From a virus: a DNA stretch of 64,000 bases. The stretch lies in IMG/VR virus record IMGVR_UViG_3300013114_000098, one strand, 5' to 3'. The position numbers and the translations under genes are program-made. Positions 10,389 to 20,139 of this stretch are shown here, piece by piece (position 1 is the stretch's first letter; the number at the start of each line of letters is the position of its first letter). The notes under the pieces are model-generated. The model saw only the letters and a program-made list of their open reading frames with translations, was not told where the DNA came from and ran no database searches.

Positions 10389-11006
10389 TTACCAATAGAT
10401 GTACCATTTAAACGTTCTATTAGTAGAAGCATTTGTTAATCTTTCGATTTTAAAACCTAAATCTGAAAAGTGTTTCATCACTTGTTCCATTTGGTTTTGA
10501 ATAGCACGGTTTGTACTTGTACCTTGCCATACTGTATAATATTCTAAACTAGTAGGATCTGCTAAAGAGTATACTCCTGCTGTGAATCCTAAAGAAGCAT
10601 TTGCTGTACCGGCCCCTATTTCATATGACCATGTAGGACCTGCACTATCTTCTATTGTTAAAACTAAGTAGCCACCAGCTTTTGATGCTGTTAGTCCGGT
10701 AACAGCGGCATCATTAATATCTGCAATAATTGCATTAAGTGATGTGCCAGTTGTTCCTAATGTTATTGTATTACCATCAAAGATAAATGTTTCGCCTACT
10801 GTTATTGTGGGGTTGCTTACTGTACCAGTTTTAGTAGCACTTGGTGTAGATACAGTCATTGTAGTGCCATCTGCAATTAATGCTTCAAATTTACCTAATC
10901 CGCTTTCTGTGATAACACTCTCCATGATAGTTTGTGTTTCTTTATACACAATCATATCCTGTGATGCTTTTGATCTTGCTTGTGATGCGTTTAATCCTAC
11001 ACTCAT
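10389..11006 (-). CDS. Hypothetical, probably structural protein
   Basis: 205 aa, Thr/Gly-rich, in a late operon. Confidence 0.5.
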   Translation of the reverse strand: MSVGLNASQARSKASQDMIVYKETQTIMESVITESGLGKFEALIADGTTMTVSTPSATKTGTVSNPTITVGETFIFDGNTITLGTTGTSLNAIIADINDAAVTGLTASKAGGYLVLTIEDSAGPTWSYEIGAGTANASLGFTAGVYSLADPTSLEYYTVWQGTSTNRAIQNQMEQVMKHFSDLGFKIERLTNASTNRTFKWYIYW

Positions 11007-11329
11007 TTGTCTAACTCTTTATCAACTTGCTTCTTAGCCATTGTTTTAACTTTTTTCTTCGATTTTTCTGGATCTACTTTATTTAAATTACTAGCATCTA
11101 AACTTGATGTATTAAAATATACTATGCCGTCTTTGATATTATTAACAATTTTAAGATTAGTAATCTCATCAAACAACGATTCGTCGTCAACATCTACACC
11201 CATTGCACTTAGTTCTTTAACTAATGCGTCAAGTGGAATGCTTTCGACTCCTTCACTACTTAATATCGATAATAGATCAATAACCTTTGAATCTACTACT
11301 GAAATTTCGAAAAGATCAGCGTATCTCAT
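11003..11329 (-). CDS. Hypothetical head-associated protein
   Basis: MRYADLFE leader and basic C-terminus. Confidence 0.45.
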   Translation of the reverse strand: MRYADLFEISVVDSKVIDLLSILSSEGVESIPLDALVKELSAMGVDVDDESLFDEITNLKIVNNIKDGIVYFNTSSLDASNLNKVDPEKSKKKVKTMAKKQVDKELDK

Positions 11330-11333
11330 TGCT

Positions 11334-12092
11334 TTACTTCTTTAATACCGCGAATGCTTGTTTTAAAACGTCTTTGTTAATTTTACCTTCAGCCTGTGCT
11401 TCTTTTACCATACTTAATGCTTTGAGATATTTGTCTTCTTTCATCTCTCTGCCTTCTTCGTCTGTTTCTGCACTTGCGGCATCTGCGCCTTCGAAATCAT
11501 CTGCAGGTGCGTCTAATTCAGCGTCCATGTCCATTTCTGGTTCCATTGGAGCATCCATAGGTTCTTCCATACCCATATCTGATTCTGGTGCTTGGCCTTG
11601 AGCTACTAAAACTGCATCGCTTACTTGTGCATTTGCTGATTTAACTGCTTCAAGTGCTGAACCAATTGCCGCTTCTGCTGATGCATTAAATGTATCTGCT
11701 TCTGCTGTACCAACTTCTTCTTTCATTGCGTTAGTAATACTCATTAGTTCTTCTACTTGCATACTAGCTAAATTTTCAGCCATTTTTTGTAGTTCATCTG
11801 CCATATTTTTTGCCGCTAAAAGGACTTCCGCTTGGTCTAATTCGCTTTCATTAACTGAATTCTCTGCCATAACTGTTTTTATACCTTCCAGAACTAGCAA
11901 TAACTTCTGATATTGCTTATCATTTGCTTCTACACCACTTTCACGTAGTGCTTTAATTTTTTGTTCAGTAACTGTTTTTACTTTAGTTAACTTGGCATTG
12001 CCAGCACCAAAATTAAAACTTGTACCGAACACTTCTTTAAGTGTTGAATCTAATTTGTTCAGATTACTTACTTTTAATTGTTTTAATTCCAT
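11334..12092 (-). CDS. Putative prohead core/scaffold-like protein
   Basis: Helical and acidic, with ENSVNE/SELDQAE and REMKE motifs; late promoter upstream. Confidence 0.5.
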   Translation of the reverse strand: MELKQLKVSNLNKLDSTLKEVFGTSFNFGAGNAKLTKVKTVTEQKIKALRESGVEANDKQYQKLLLVLEGIKTVMAENSVNESELDQAEVLLAAKNMADELQKMAENLASMQVEELMSITNAMKEEVGTAEADTFNASAEAAIGSALEAVKSANAQVSDAVLVAQGQAPESDMGMEEPMDAPMEPEMDMDAELDAPADDFEGADAASAETDEEGREMKEDKYLKALSMVKEAQAEGKINKDVLKQAFAVLKK

Positions 12093-12134
12093 ATCATTAC
12101 CCCACTAGAGTTTTATTATATATTGTATTTATGC

Positions 12135-12731
12135 TTAAAGGGCCGATTTTATTTGGTTTTTGATGTCCTTCATCTTAGAAACCGCCGCACCTTGCTTTGC
12201 CATAGCTATATCTATCTTATTTTGTTCATTAAGTGTTCTACATTTTACTTTATAAGTAGCCGCTTCTTGCAATGCACTCACATATCTATTATCTAAATCT
12301 AGTAGTCTTTCAACCTTACTATCATTTTCAAACAATAAGCCTTTTACAACACCCATTGCTGTTTCAAATAATGATAGCTGTTCATGTATGACTTTGTTAC
12401 CTTGCTTAATAGTATAAAATGTCTTTTTTATACCTGGAACAACTTGTGCTTTTTCTAACACAATTTCATAATCTTCTACTCTTACTGAATTACCTTTTTT
12501 ATTCATTGCCGCTAATTCAATGTCGTCACGTGATTCTTTAATTATGTTTTTTGTAACTTTTGTTGTAGCCTCGTCAAGTTTCTGCAAAATCTCTAACATA
12601 CCCTGTGCGTTTTTACTAACACCTGCTAATTTTTTATTAACAGTAGGTTTGCTCTTTTCTTCACTTGGTTTTACTGATTCGTTAAGTTTGTTAATGATAT
12701 CCATCATTCCTTTTACTTCTTTTGTTGGCAT
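12135..12731 (-). CDS. Hypothetical head-region protein
   Basis: 198 aa with duplicated N-terminal MMDIINKLNE / MLEILQKLDE. Confidence 0.5.
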   Translation of the reverse strand: MPTKEVKGMMDIINKLNESVKPSEEKSKPTVNKKLAGVSKNAQGMLEILQKLDEATTKVTKNIIKESRDDIELAAMNKKGNSVRVEDYEIVLEKAQVVPGIKKTFYTIKQGNKVIHEQLSLFETAMGVVKGLLFENDSKVERLLDLDNRYVSALQEAATYKVKCRTLNEQNKIDIAMAKQGAAVSKMKDIKNQIKSAL

Positions 12732-12940
12732 TATATGCTCCCCTTCATTCGTTCAAAATAAACTTTATTATTCTCCACTATTTTTTTAACAATATTTTTG
12801 TTAACTAAGTTTTGAATTAGGTATACTTCACGTTCTGATAAATCATCTTTACATGTACGTTCTAATAAATTTTCGTACATTTTACATTCGTGAAGTGAAA
12901 TAAATGTTGGGATGCCGCCGGGTGTTTCAATACTTCTCAT
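12731..12940 (-). CDS. Small hypothetical protein (possible winged helix)
   Basis: 69 aa, coupled to the downstream gene. Confidence 0.45.
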   Translation of the reverse strand: MRSIETPGGIPTFISLHECKMYENLLERTCKDDLSEREVYLIQNLVNKNIVKKIVENNKVYFERMKGSI

Positions 12941-12942
12941 TG

Positions 12943-15159
12943 TTAACTACCCATCGCTAATTGTTTTAAGCGTTCAATTTCTTGTGCATTTATACTGGCT
13001 TGTTCTGCATTGGCGTTCGCTTGATATGAGTTCTCTGCTCTTTCTATATCATCTGGATCTTCACTTCCAGCTCTTACTGCGCCTTGTCCTGTTGCTTGTA
13101 TATTACTACCAGCTACTGTTTTATTTACTACTTTAGCATCTCTGTTCTGATCTTGTACTGTAATATTGTAGCGTCTATTTGCTACATTTGAATTCTGTTT
13201 GTTTATTGTTGCTCTACTAGGTTGTGCTGTAGATGATGAACCATATCCTAGCTCATTTATTTCATCTCTAAATTTATCATCTAACCATTCATCAAAATCT
13301 TCTGAATTCATAAAGTCTTGCCAAGTTTTAAATCTTTTTTGTATTTCTTTACTTGATGCCCACATACCTCTAGCCGCATCTGCTCTTGCGTCCTGTTTTG
13401 GTTGTTCATTTATTGATTCTTGTGGACCATCATAAAAACCTTTTAAGTCATCTTTCATATTGTCAGGAAGTGAGTCCCAATAAGTATCAACTAATTCTTG
13501 TAATTCTCTTCCTCTTGGACCCCAAGCGTCCTGTTTTGGTTGTTCATAATTATCTTCTTCTGGTCCAAATGCATCAATTGGTCTATTTGGGAATTTTGTA
13601 TCATCATCTTCTTTAACACTTTCACCATAAGGTGGTTGTGGAGCATCTGGGTTTGGATCATGTGCTGTATCTCTACGAACCTTATCTCCTCTAATATCTG
13701 GAATACCATGTCGCTCACTAGGATAATACCAATTAGAAATTACACCATCATACACAGATTCAAGTTTTTTCAACCATTCTTTTTGTTGATATGTTTCTTT
13801 TGATAGTTCATATAATTCTCTTATTGCTTCTAAAGTTTCTTGTGTTTTAGGATGAGCATATTTGCCTCTACCATCGTTCTCTGTTACATTGCCTTCTGAA
13901 AATGATCCTGTGTCGCCTTCAAGTCTTGCTAATACTTTTATTTGATCAGGTGTCATTGTTTTTGATCTTTCTAAATCATCACCTGATAACTTATGTTGGT
14001 ATGGACCTTTTCCTTTACTAATATCTTCTCTTTCTAATTCGTTGTATAAGTCAGATCCTAAATTTTCACCATCTTTATAAATATCAAATTTTTCATTGCC
14101 AATATAAACATGGTCATCACTAATTTGTACATCAAGATTCTCATCTCCAGTCATATAATGATAATAATCTTCAATTTGATCAAGTAGTCCATGCATTGTA
14201 GGCGAAGACATTTCACCATTTGGTCCTGCATCTGTTGTATATACAGCTCCTGGATTTTCTTTAAGTCCTGCTAATTTTCTTATTCTTAATGTTGCTGGAG
14301 TCATTGTTGGATCATCTTCTACTAATGTGTAACCTTTTGCTATTAATTCTTGCCATTTTTTTGGATCAGAAGTTGAGTGACTATGCCAAACTCCATCTTC
14401 ATATTTTCCGTATCTTTTATTACCACGTTTCTTTTCTTCTTTACCCATCCAGTCGCCGGTTTTTGATCCAGTTTTGTATTTCTTATTCTTTGCCCAGCCT
14501 TCTTTTGAAAAAGGATCTACATCGTCTTTACCTTCAAAAGAAGGTCCACGAGTTAATGCTATCATATCTTCGTCAGCTATATACATATCCGTATCTGGAT
14601 CATAATATTTGCCTTCTTTTGGATCGTAATAAACTGTTTTACCACTTCGTGTTGCAATAGGACCTTCTAGCCCATCACGTTCTTGATACTTTTCTGTATC
14701 AATTCGTGGTAACGTATGTTTTTTTGTTTTGTCTTTTGCTATATCTATTATTTCTTTAATTTCAACACCTTTCATTGGCATTTTTTTAGGTAATTGGTTC
14801 AATGGTACACTTCTACCCATTTTTCCTATTATGAAACCTTTTTTTCTAAATTCTTGAGCTCTGTTTTGAAGGTCTTGCATATAGTCTGTATAATAAACCT
14901 TAGCGTCACCACCTGGTTCACCATAAGTTAACATAAGTTTTTGATAATGGCCTACTGCTTCTGAGAAAGAACTTAAATCAATAATTTCTGAAAATGCGTC
15001 ATTGTCATCTGCTTTAATTGAGTTAATAAGTTTTAATGTTTCTGAAAATGATAAATTTTTTAATTGTTCAGAAATTTGATCTCTTGTTACTTCCATACCA
15101 AACTTAACGTTTGCAAAGTCTATAACACTTTCAATTGTACTGTTATTTGTTACTTCCAT
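12943..15159 (-). CDS. Modular acidic head/internal protein (putative polyprotein)
   Basis: 738 aa; segments delimited by hydrophobic-x-E; RIRKLAG and C-terminal RLKQLAMG. Confidence 0.6.
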   Translation of the reverse strand: MEVTNNSTIESVIDFANVKFGMEVTRDQISEQLKNLSFSETLKLINSIKADDNDAFSEIIDLSSFSEAVGHYQKLMLTYGEPGGDAKVYYTDYMQDLQNRAQEFRKKGFIIGKMGRSVPLNQLPKKMPMKGVEIKEIIDIAKDKTKKHTLPRIDTEKYQERDGLEGPIATRSGKTVYYDPKEGKYYDPDTDMYIADEDMIALTRGPSFEGKDDVDPFSKEGWAKNKKYKTGSKTGDWMGKEEKKRGNKRYGKYEDGVWHSHSTSDPKKWQELIAKGYTLVEDDPTMTPATLRIRKLAGLKENPGAVYTTDAGPNGEMSSPTMHGLLDQIEDYYHYMTGDENLDVQISDDHVYIGNEKFDIYKDGENLGSDLYNELEREDISKGKGPYQHKLSGDDLERSKTMTPDQIKVLARLEGDTGSFSEGNVTENDGRGKYAHPKTQETLEAIRELYELSKETYQQKEWLKKLESVYDGVISNWYYPSERHGIPDIRGDKVRRDTAHDPNPDAPQPPYGESVKEDDDTKFPNRPIDAFGPEEDNYEQPKQDAWGPRGRELQELVDTYWDSLPDNMKDDLKGFYDGPQESINEQPKQDARADAARGMWASSKEIQKRFKTWQDFMNSEDFDEWLDDKFRDEINELGYGSSSTAQPSRATINKQNSNVANRRYNITVQDQNRDAKVVNKTVAGSNIQATGQGAVRAGSEDPDDIERAENSYQANANAEQASINAQEIERLKQLAMGS
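13388..13547. repeat. 22-bp exact direct repeat (13388-13409 and 13526-13547) encoding EQPKQDA
   Basis: gcgtcctgttttggttgttcat occurs twice, 138 bp apart and in frame. Confidence 0.9.
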
Positions 15160-15166
15160 AATTACT

Positions 15167-15454
15167 CTACCCTCTAGCTTTATTTAGCCTTGCTACAATA
15201 CGACTTGCTGGACTTAATCGTTTTGTTCTTTGTGCTTTCTTCATCATACGAGCACCTTTTTGTGCTCTTGTTCTTCTCAATACAAATCTCTTTTTTAAGT
15301 TTATAGGAGCCGCACATTGCGATGGATTCTGTACTGGTCTGCCTTTACGTGGGCCTACTGTACAACGAAACGCTCTTATAACTTTCTTACCTCTTTTTCT
15401 AAAAATTACTTTTGCCTCTGAAACAACTGTATTGTATGATTCGTTTAAGAACAT
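15167..15454 (-). CDS. Basic prohead core-like protein
   Basis: Leader MFLNESY...VVSE followed by a very Arg/Lys-rich body. Confidence 0.5.
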   Translation of the reverse strand: MFLNESYNTVVSEAKVIFRKRGKKVIRAFRCTVGPRKGRPVQNPSQCAAPINLKKRFVLRRTRAQKGARMMKKAQRTKRLSPASRIVARLNKARG

Positions 15455-15461
15455 AATGTTA

Positions 15462-15749
15462 TTATCCACCACCAACCAACGTCGTAACTGTATTCTGATT
15501 TATTAGTAATAATACTACAGTTGAAAGCAACCCTGCAATCACTGTAGCCGCGGCGCCAATAACTAGTTTATTACTAGACAATGCACCTGCATGTTGTTTT
15601 TCTGCTAATTTTTTTACTTCATCTGTCAAAGTATCAACCTTATTCTCTAATCTGTTTAATTTTTCTTCTAACACGCGATATCTCTCCGCACATAAATCTA
15701 CATGTGCCTCTAGATTTTCACGCTCAAGTCTTGACTGGTTTATTGCCAT
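15462..15749 (-). CDS. Coiled-coil plus single-TM membrane protein (holin/XhlA-like)
   Basis: LEAHVDLCAERY coiled coil followed by hydrophobic LVIGAAATVIAGLLSTVVLLLI. Confidence 0.5.
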   Translation of the reverse strand: MAINQSRLERENLEAHVDLCAERYRVLEEKLNRLENKVDTLTDEVKKLAEKQHAGALSSNKLVIGAAATVIAGLLSTVVLLLINQNTVTTLVGGG

Positions 15750-15833
15750 ATTTTGTTCTCACAATCTTTGACAGCGTCTTAAAAGAGCTGATTTATAATA
15801 AGTACATCTTTGCACTTATAGTATTTATCGTAT

Positions 15834-16289
15834 TTATATGTTTTCGCTGAATTTAAAGTATGTGTTTTTATTCACTGTCTTTGTATCTATGATTTCAGGA
15901 TTGATAAGTGCTGTTTCATCTAAAGTTATATGAATTGGCATCGTATTAAAATCATTTTCTAACATATAAACACTATTATTCTCTTTTTTCCAAGCATCTG
16001 CTGTTTCACTAGCAAATTTAAGAACCCATATATCATGCAAACCGGTAAAATTACTACCAAATTGATAGTTAGATAAATCTTTTGCACTTAATATATCAAC
16101 ACTGCTTAACACAGGTTGAGATCTTAAACTTATACTTTGAATAAAAGTATTTAAATTTTGGGCTTGAAAAAATCCTTTAGCGTCTACTTTAGGACTAACT
16201 ACACCCGAATCTGTAATATCTATAAGTGTATACACTGTATAAAAATCCGTAGATCCTGTTAAAACTTCTACTGGTCTGCTTGTTCCCAT
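15834..16289 (-). CDS. Hypothetical protein
   Basis: 151-aa ORF in the operon. Confidence 0.55.
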   Translation of the reverse strand: MGTSRPVEVLTGSTDFYTVYTLIDITDSGVVSPKVDAKGFFQAQNLNTFIQSISLRSQPVLSSVDILSAKDLSNYQFGSNFTGLHDIWVLKFASETADAWKKENNSVYMLENDFNTMPIHITLDETALINPEIIDTKTVNKNTYFKFSENI

Positions 16290-16314
16290 TTATTATTCCA
16301 TGCATATTAAAGAC

Positions 16315-17064
16315 CTACTTGAAGCCTCTTTTTTGGTCCATGCCAGTTAATTTACCAGCTGTATAACCTGCCGCAAAAGCTGCCGCTCCACGTGCAATAC
16401 GTTTTCCAATGCTTTTCTTTTCTTGTGCTCCTACTTGTAAATTATTTTCTTCTGAATAGTTTTTAAACAATGGAGTTAAATCACTACGTCTAGCATTTAT
16501 TCTATAATGCTTATTCAATTGTGTAGCCGCTAACTGTTGTTGCATAGTGCTTAAATTATTCCAATCACCAACTAATCGTCTTGCCGCTTTTAATTTCGGA
16601 TCCTGTATTGCTAAATTCTTTTCTAGTTTATAAAAAAATGCTCTTGCTTGACCTGAATTTACTTTTCCAGTTTCCAACATTTTTAAAAATTGTCTCATCT
16701 TAGGCTGATTTATTTTTACTTTAGCAAGTAATAACTTATCTGCTTCAGAATCTACTAACCCTTTAGGTTTTAAAAGTGCATGAAGTGTTTGATATACATC
16801 TGTTCCACTTGGACTAGGTCTACTAAATCCACCATACATACCTGTTCTACGTGCATACTGTTTTGCTACAGGAGCATACTTATAATCATTTGACATAGCA
16901 TAAAGACTCATCAGACCTACAAATAAATGATCTGTAAGAGATCTTGCACCAGCACCTGCTAATTGATGTTTTGTTTTAAACATACGAGCTTCACCGAGAG
17001 TTTGAATAAACTCTAATCCCTTTTTTACACTTTCTTCTGAATATTGTTCTACTATATCATTCAT
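16315..17064 (-). CDS. Hypothetical head/internal protein
   Basis: Acidic leader ending LGE/ARMF, basic body, C-terminal GAAAFAAGYTAG. Confidence 0.5.
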   Translation of the reverse strand: MNDIVEQYSEESVKKGLEFIQTLGEARMFKTKHQLAGAGARSLTDHLFVGLMSLYAMSNDYKYAPVAKQYARRTGMYGGFSRPSPSGTDVYQTLHALLKPKGLVDSEADKLLLAKVKINQPKMRQFLKMLETGKVNSGQARAFFYKLEKNLAIQDPKLKAARRLVGDWNNLSTMQQQLAATQLNKHYRINARRSDLTPLFKNYSEENNLQVGAQEKKSIGKRIARGAAAFAAGYTAGKLTGMDQKRGFK

Positions 17065-17258
17065 ATTTTCTTCTCACTTATAATTTTTTTACATGTATTT
17101 GTAGCAAAATTTTTAAACAATCCTGGCCAAAATGCATGAATAAAAACTGCACTTGCCGCTAGTTCCATACGATATGCAATACTTACCGCATGTTTAAAAT
17201 GTTGCCAACGAGTCATTTCAGCTTCTTCTAGATGCTGTTTACTCGCCTTAGTATACAT
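17061..17258 (-). CDS. Small DUF6356-like protein
   Basis: HL...MT..QHF..A...HA..P.LF pattern. Confidence 0.6.
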   Translation of the reverse strand: MYTKASKQHLEEAEMTRWQHFKHAVSIAYRMELAASAVFIHAFWPGLFKNFATNTCKKIISEKKI

Positions 17259-18451
17259 TATCTTTGATTAGCCATATTAGCCGCTGTAAAGCCTGCTCTA
17301 TTAACTAACTTAACATCTTTGTCTACTACATACCCTTCACCGCCTCTTTGGCCTGCTGTGTATGCTTCTATATCTGCTTTTTGTGAATCCAATGCTCTAA
17401 TAACTTGATTCTTTACTTTTTTAATTCCTTTAATAAAATTAAATGTTGCATTAAATCCATCTATGTTCTTATTTACGTATTCGCCTAAACGTTGTTTTTT
17501 AGGAGCAGATAGTTTACTACCATCTACCCATTTCATAAAATCTGAACCTAGATTATCTAAACCACCTGTCTTAACTGATGAATTAATGTATGCATACAAT
17601 ATTTTACTAAAGTCTGCCATTTTTAATTCAGCAGGTACATTAAACAATTTATCAATTGCTCCTGCATTTTTACTTAGATAATCTTCTAATTCGTCTACGG
17701 CTGGAATATCTACACCTGGAGATTTTGTTACCATTACTGGAGGCATAATATAAGTTTGCCCACCTTGAAACTGGCTCATATCTACATTACTCTTTTCACC
17801 ATCTAGCCCAATAGATTGATGTACTACTACACCTACGTCACTACTAGCTATCTTTTTACCAATATCACTGTCAGCCTTTACTGCATATGTTGTGGTGTTT
17901 GGTGTAAATGTTATTTTATTATCTTTTACCTGAGGTTTTGCTAACCAAAGTAAATCACCATGTACATATCCTCTAAAGTCTGCAGGTACAGTACCTTCTA
18001 CTTTAGACCATATGTTTTTCATATTATTTGCAAATTCTTTACGATCTGGACTTGGTTTTTCAGTACCTCTACTTAACAGCATATTTGCTAACGCATCAGC
18101 ATTTGTAACTCTGCCATCGTATCCTTTTGCACCAAATCCACTTTTATCTGTAAGTACAAATTCACCTTTTTCGTTACGTCCAAAAATAACGGCTGGTGAG
18201 CCGTCCCATTTAATAGTAACTGAATTAGGTTGTTGTTCTATTTGATGTAATGTAGCAATGGCTTTTTTAGCACCTGCACTGCCTGCCTGGCCGTCTTGTC
18301 CCAGAATAAGATCTTCCAGATGCTGAATTCTAGCATTTTCATTTAGGTTTTTTGCTGTTGGAGTAAATAAACTTTTACCTTTTAATCTCCAGTTTCTTAA
18401 GATTCTTGGTTTACGTTTTTTAGTTCCTGCTAAAATATCTTCTATTTTCAT
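17258..18451 (-). CDS. Ligase-like nucleotidyltransferase (DUF6267-like)
   Basis: HLED, motif I KWDG, GDLL, motif IV EGYV and motif V KLV. Confidence 0.65.
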   Translation of the reverse strand: MKIEDILAGTKKRKPRILRNWRLKGKSLFTPTAKNLNENARIQHLEDLILGQDGQAGSAGAKKAIATLHQIEQQPNSVTIKWDGSPAVIFGRNEKGEFVLTDKSGFGAKGYDGRVTNADALANMLLSRGTEKPSPDRKEFANNMKNIWSKVEGTVPADFRGYVHGDLLWLAKPQVKDNKITFTPNTTTYAVKADSDIGKKIASSDVGVVVHQSIGLDGEKSNVDMSQFQGGQTYIMPPVMVTKSPGVDIPAVDELEDYLSKNAGAIDKLFNVPAELKMADFSKILYAYINSSVKTGGLDNLGSDFMKWVDGSKLSAPKKQRLGEYVNKNIDGFNATFNFIKGIKKVKNQVIRALDSQKADIEAYTAGQRGGEGYVVDKDVKLVNRAGFTAANMANQR

Positions 18452-18696
18452 CTAGGTCTCCGAATCTTTTTAACACCTCTGTTAAAACGTTCTGGGTCCC
18501 TATTTTTAATACTTAACATGATACGTTTAGTAAGATCTTGAGCTGTATCGTCGTCATAATTAGATTCTATCATTTCTAATATGTTAATAATACTACTAAT
18601 AGCATTGTTACCTTTGCTTTCTAGTATAGCAGTCTTGTCTTTTTTCGGTGCTAAAGAGTTAATTTCTTCTAATAAGCTACGAGTACGTTTTTTCAT
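18448..18696 (-). CDS. Hypothetical protein
   Basis: 82 aa; SD and late promoter upstream. Confidence 0.55.
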   Translation of the reverse strand: MKKRTRSLLEEINSLAPKKDKTAILESKGNNAISSIINILEMIESNYDDDTAQDLTKRIMLSIKNRDPERFNRGVKKIRRPR

Positions 18697-18735
18697 GTCT
18701 ATATTCTCCGGTAATAGTTACCTATATAGTATTTA

Positions 18736-20139
18736 TCAACTATTACTTCTTTTTAGCATACTGCGTAATTTATCATGTCCCTCTATTGTATTATCTACAA
18801 TACTATTTTCTGCAATATTTTTTTCTTGATGTGTTATTTTGTTCTTTGCTTTAATTTTTTCAAACATAGCACTAGGTCCTTGCATTGAAGTTCCTTTATC
18901 CTCGTCATCTAAATCACTTATACGCAATCCTGATATATCAAATTTAAGATCTACTTTTTGTCCTACACCGCTACTACTACGTGTTTTCATAAATTGTACT
19001 TGATAACGCCCACGTTCACGCATTGCTTGACTTGTAAATATGCCAATTACATTATCTGCTGTTTGTACTTTACTTAAACCACCTGCAATATGAGAATGAT
19101 CAAACTCTACTTCTTCTACTGCTGATCTATTTAATTGAGATGCTGTAGCAAACAATATATCATGTTCCAATGCAAAATTACGCATTTCTTCTGATACAAA
19201 CTTATCTTTAATATATAAATCACTTGGATTTACCCTACTTTGAGCTGGCATCATAAGATCTAAATAGTCAACACATACTGCATCTATTTTAATTTCATTT
19301 TTAACTTCGTATTCACGCAAATAACTAGTAACACTATTAATTGTAATACCATTAGGAAGTTGTACAATTTGCAATTTACCAGCCTTTTTGCCTTTCATTC
19401 GTACTTTTAAATCTACGTCATCTTTATTTTTAAATACTTCACGTGTATTGTATCCAGTAATCATACTATCTAATCGCATACTAGATAATTCTTCACTAAG
19501 TTCTAAAGTAATATAAACAACATTTAATCCAGCAACCGACCAGTTAAGTGCTAAGTTCTGCAAGAATAAACTTTTACCACCACCAGATGGTGCGGCAAAT
19601 ATGTTTAGTTCTCCTCTATTAAATCCACCATATAATTTATTATCAATGTCTCTCCAACCTGTACTTTGTGCTCCTCGTTGATTACGAACACGTTCAATAC
19701 GCTCTGCTGGTGATTCCCAATAATCAGTACCCATATGTTTAGCAAGACCAATTTGAACTGCTTCTTTAATTTTTCGTTCAACTGGCCCGTAGTCACCCTT
19801 TTCAAGCAAATCAGCACTTGCTAAAATTGCCGCTTCTAATGCTTTGTGTTTACAAAATGTTTCAAACTCATCTATAAACCATGTTTGATGCCTATTATCA
19901 ACATCTTTAAGTTTTTGTAACTCTAAACCAGTTGTTGCTTTAATTTGTTCTAATGTAGGTAATGCACTATAACCAGACGCATGTTCTTGTATAAATTCTA
20001 CACCTTTTCGTAATTCTCTATCAAAATACGATGAATCTATAATTCCATTAACTCGAGAAAATAAATCTTTATCTTGAGCTAAAAATTCAACAAACAATCG
20101 TTGTAAGTCTAGGTTATATTCTTTAATTTGTTCTTTCAT
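18736..20139 (-). CDS. dnaB: Replicative DnaB-like helicase (T4 gp41-like)
   Basis: Walker A APSGGGKS, ITLELSE, VDYLDL, ASQLNR, KTR; ATGA overlap with primase. Confidence 0.93.
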   Translation of the reverse strand: MKEQIKEYNLDLQRLFVEFLAQDKDLFSRVNGIIDSSYFDRELRKGVEFIQEHASGYSALPTLEQIKATTGLELQKLKDVDNRHQTWFIDEFETFCKHKALEAAILASADLLEKGDYGPVERKIKEAVQIGLAKHMGTDYWESPAERIERVRNQRGAQSTGWRDIDNKLYGGFNRGELNIFAAPSGGGKSLFLQNLALNWSVAGLNVVYITLELSEELSSMRLDSMITGYNTREVFKNKDDVDLKVRMKGKKAGKLQIVQLPNGITINSVTSYLREYEVKNEIKIDAVCVDYLDLMMPAQSRVNPSDLYIKDKFVSEEMRNFALEHDILFATASQLNRSAVEEVEFDHSHIAGGLSKVQTADNVIGIFTSQAMRERGRYQVQFMKTRSSSGVGQKVDLKFDISGLRISDLDDEDKGTSMQGPSAMFEKIKAKNKITHQEKNIAENSIVDNTIEGHDKLRSMLKRSNS

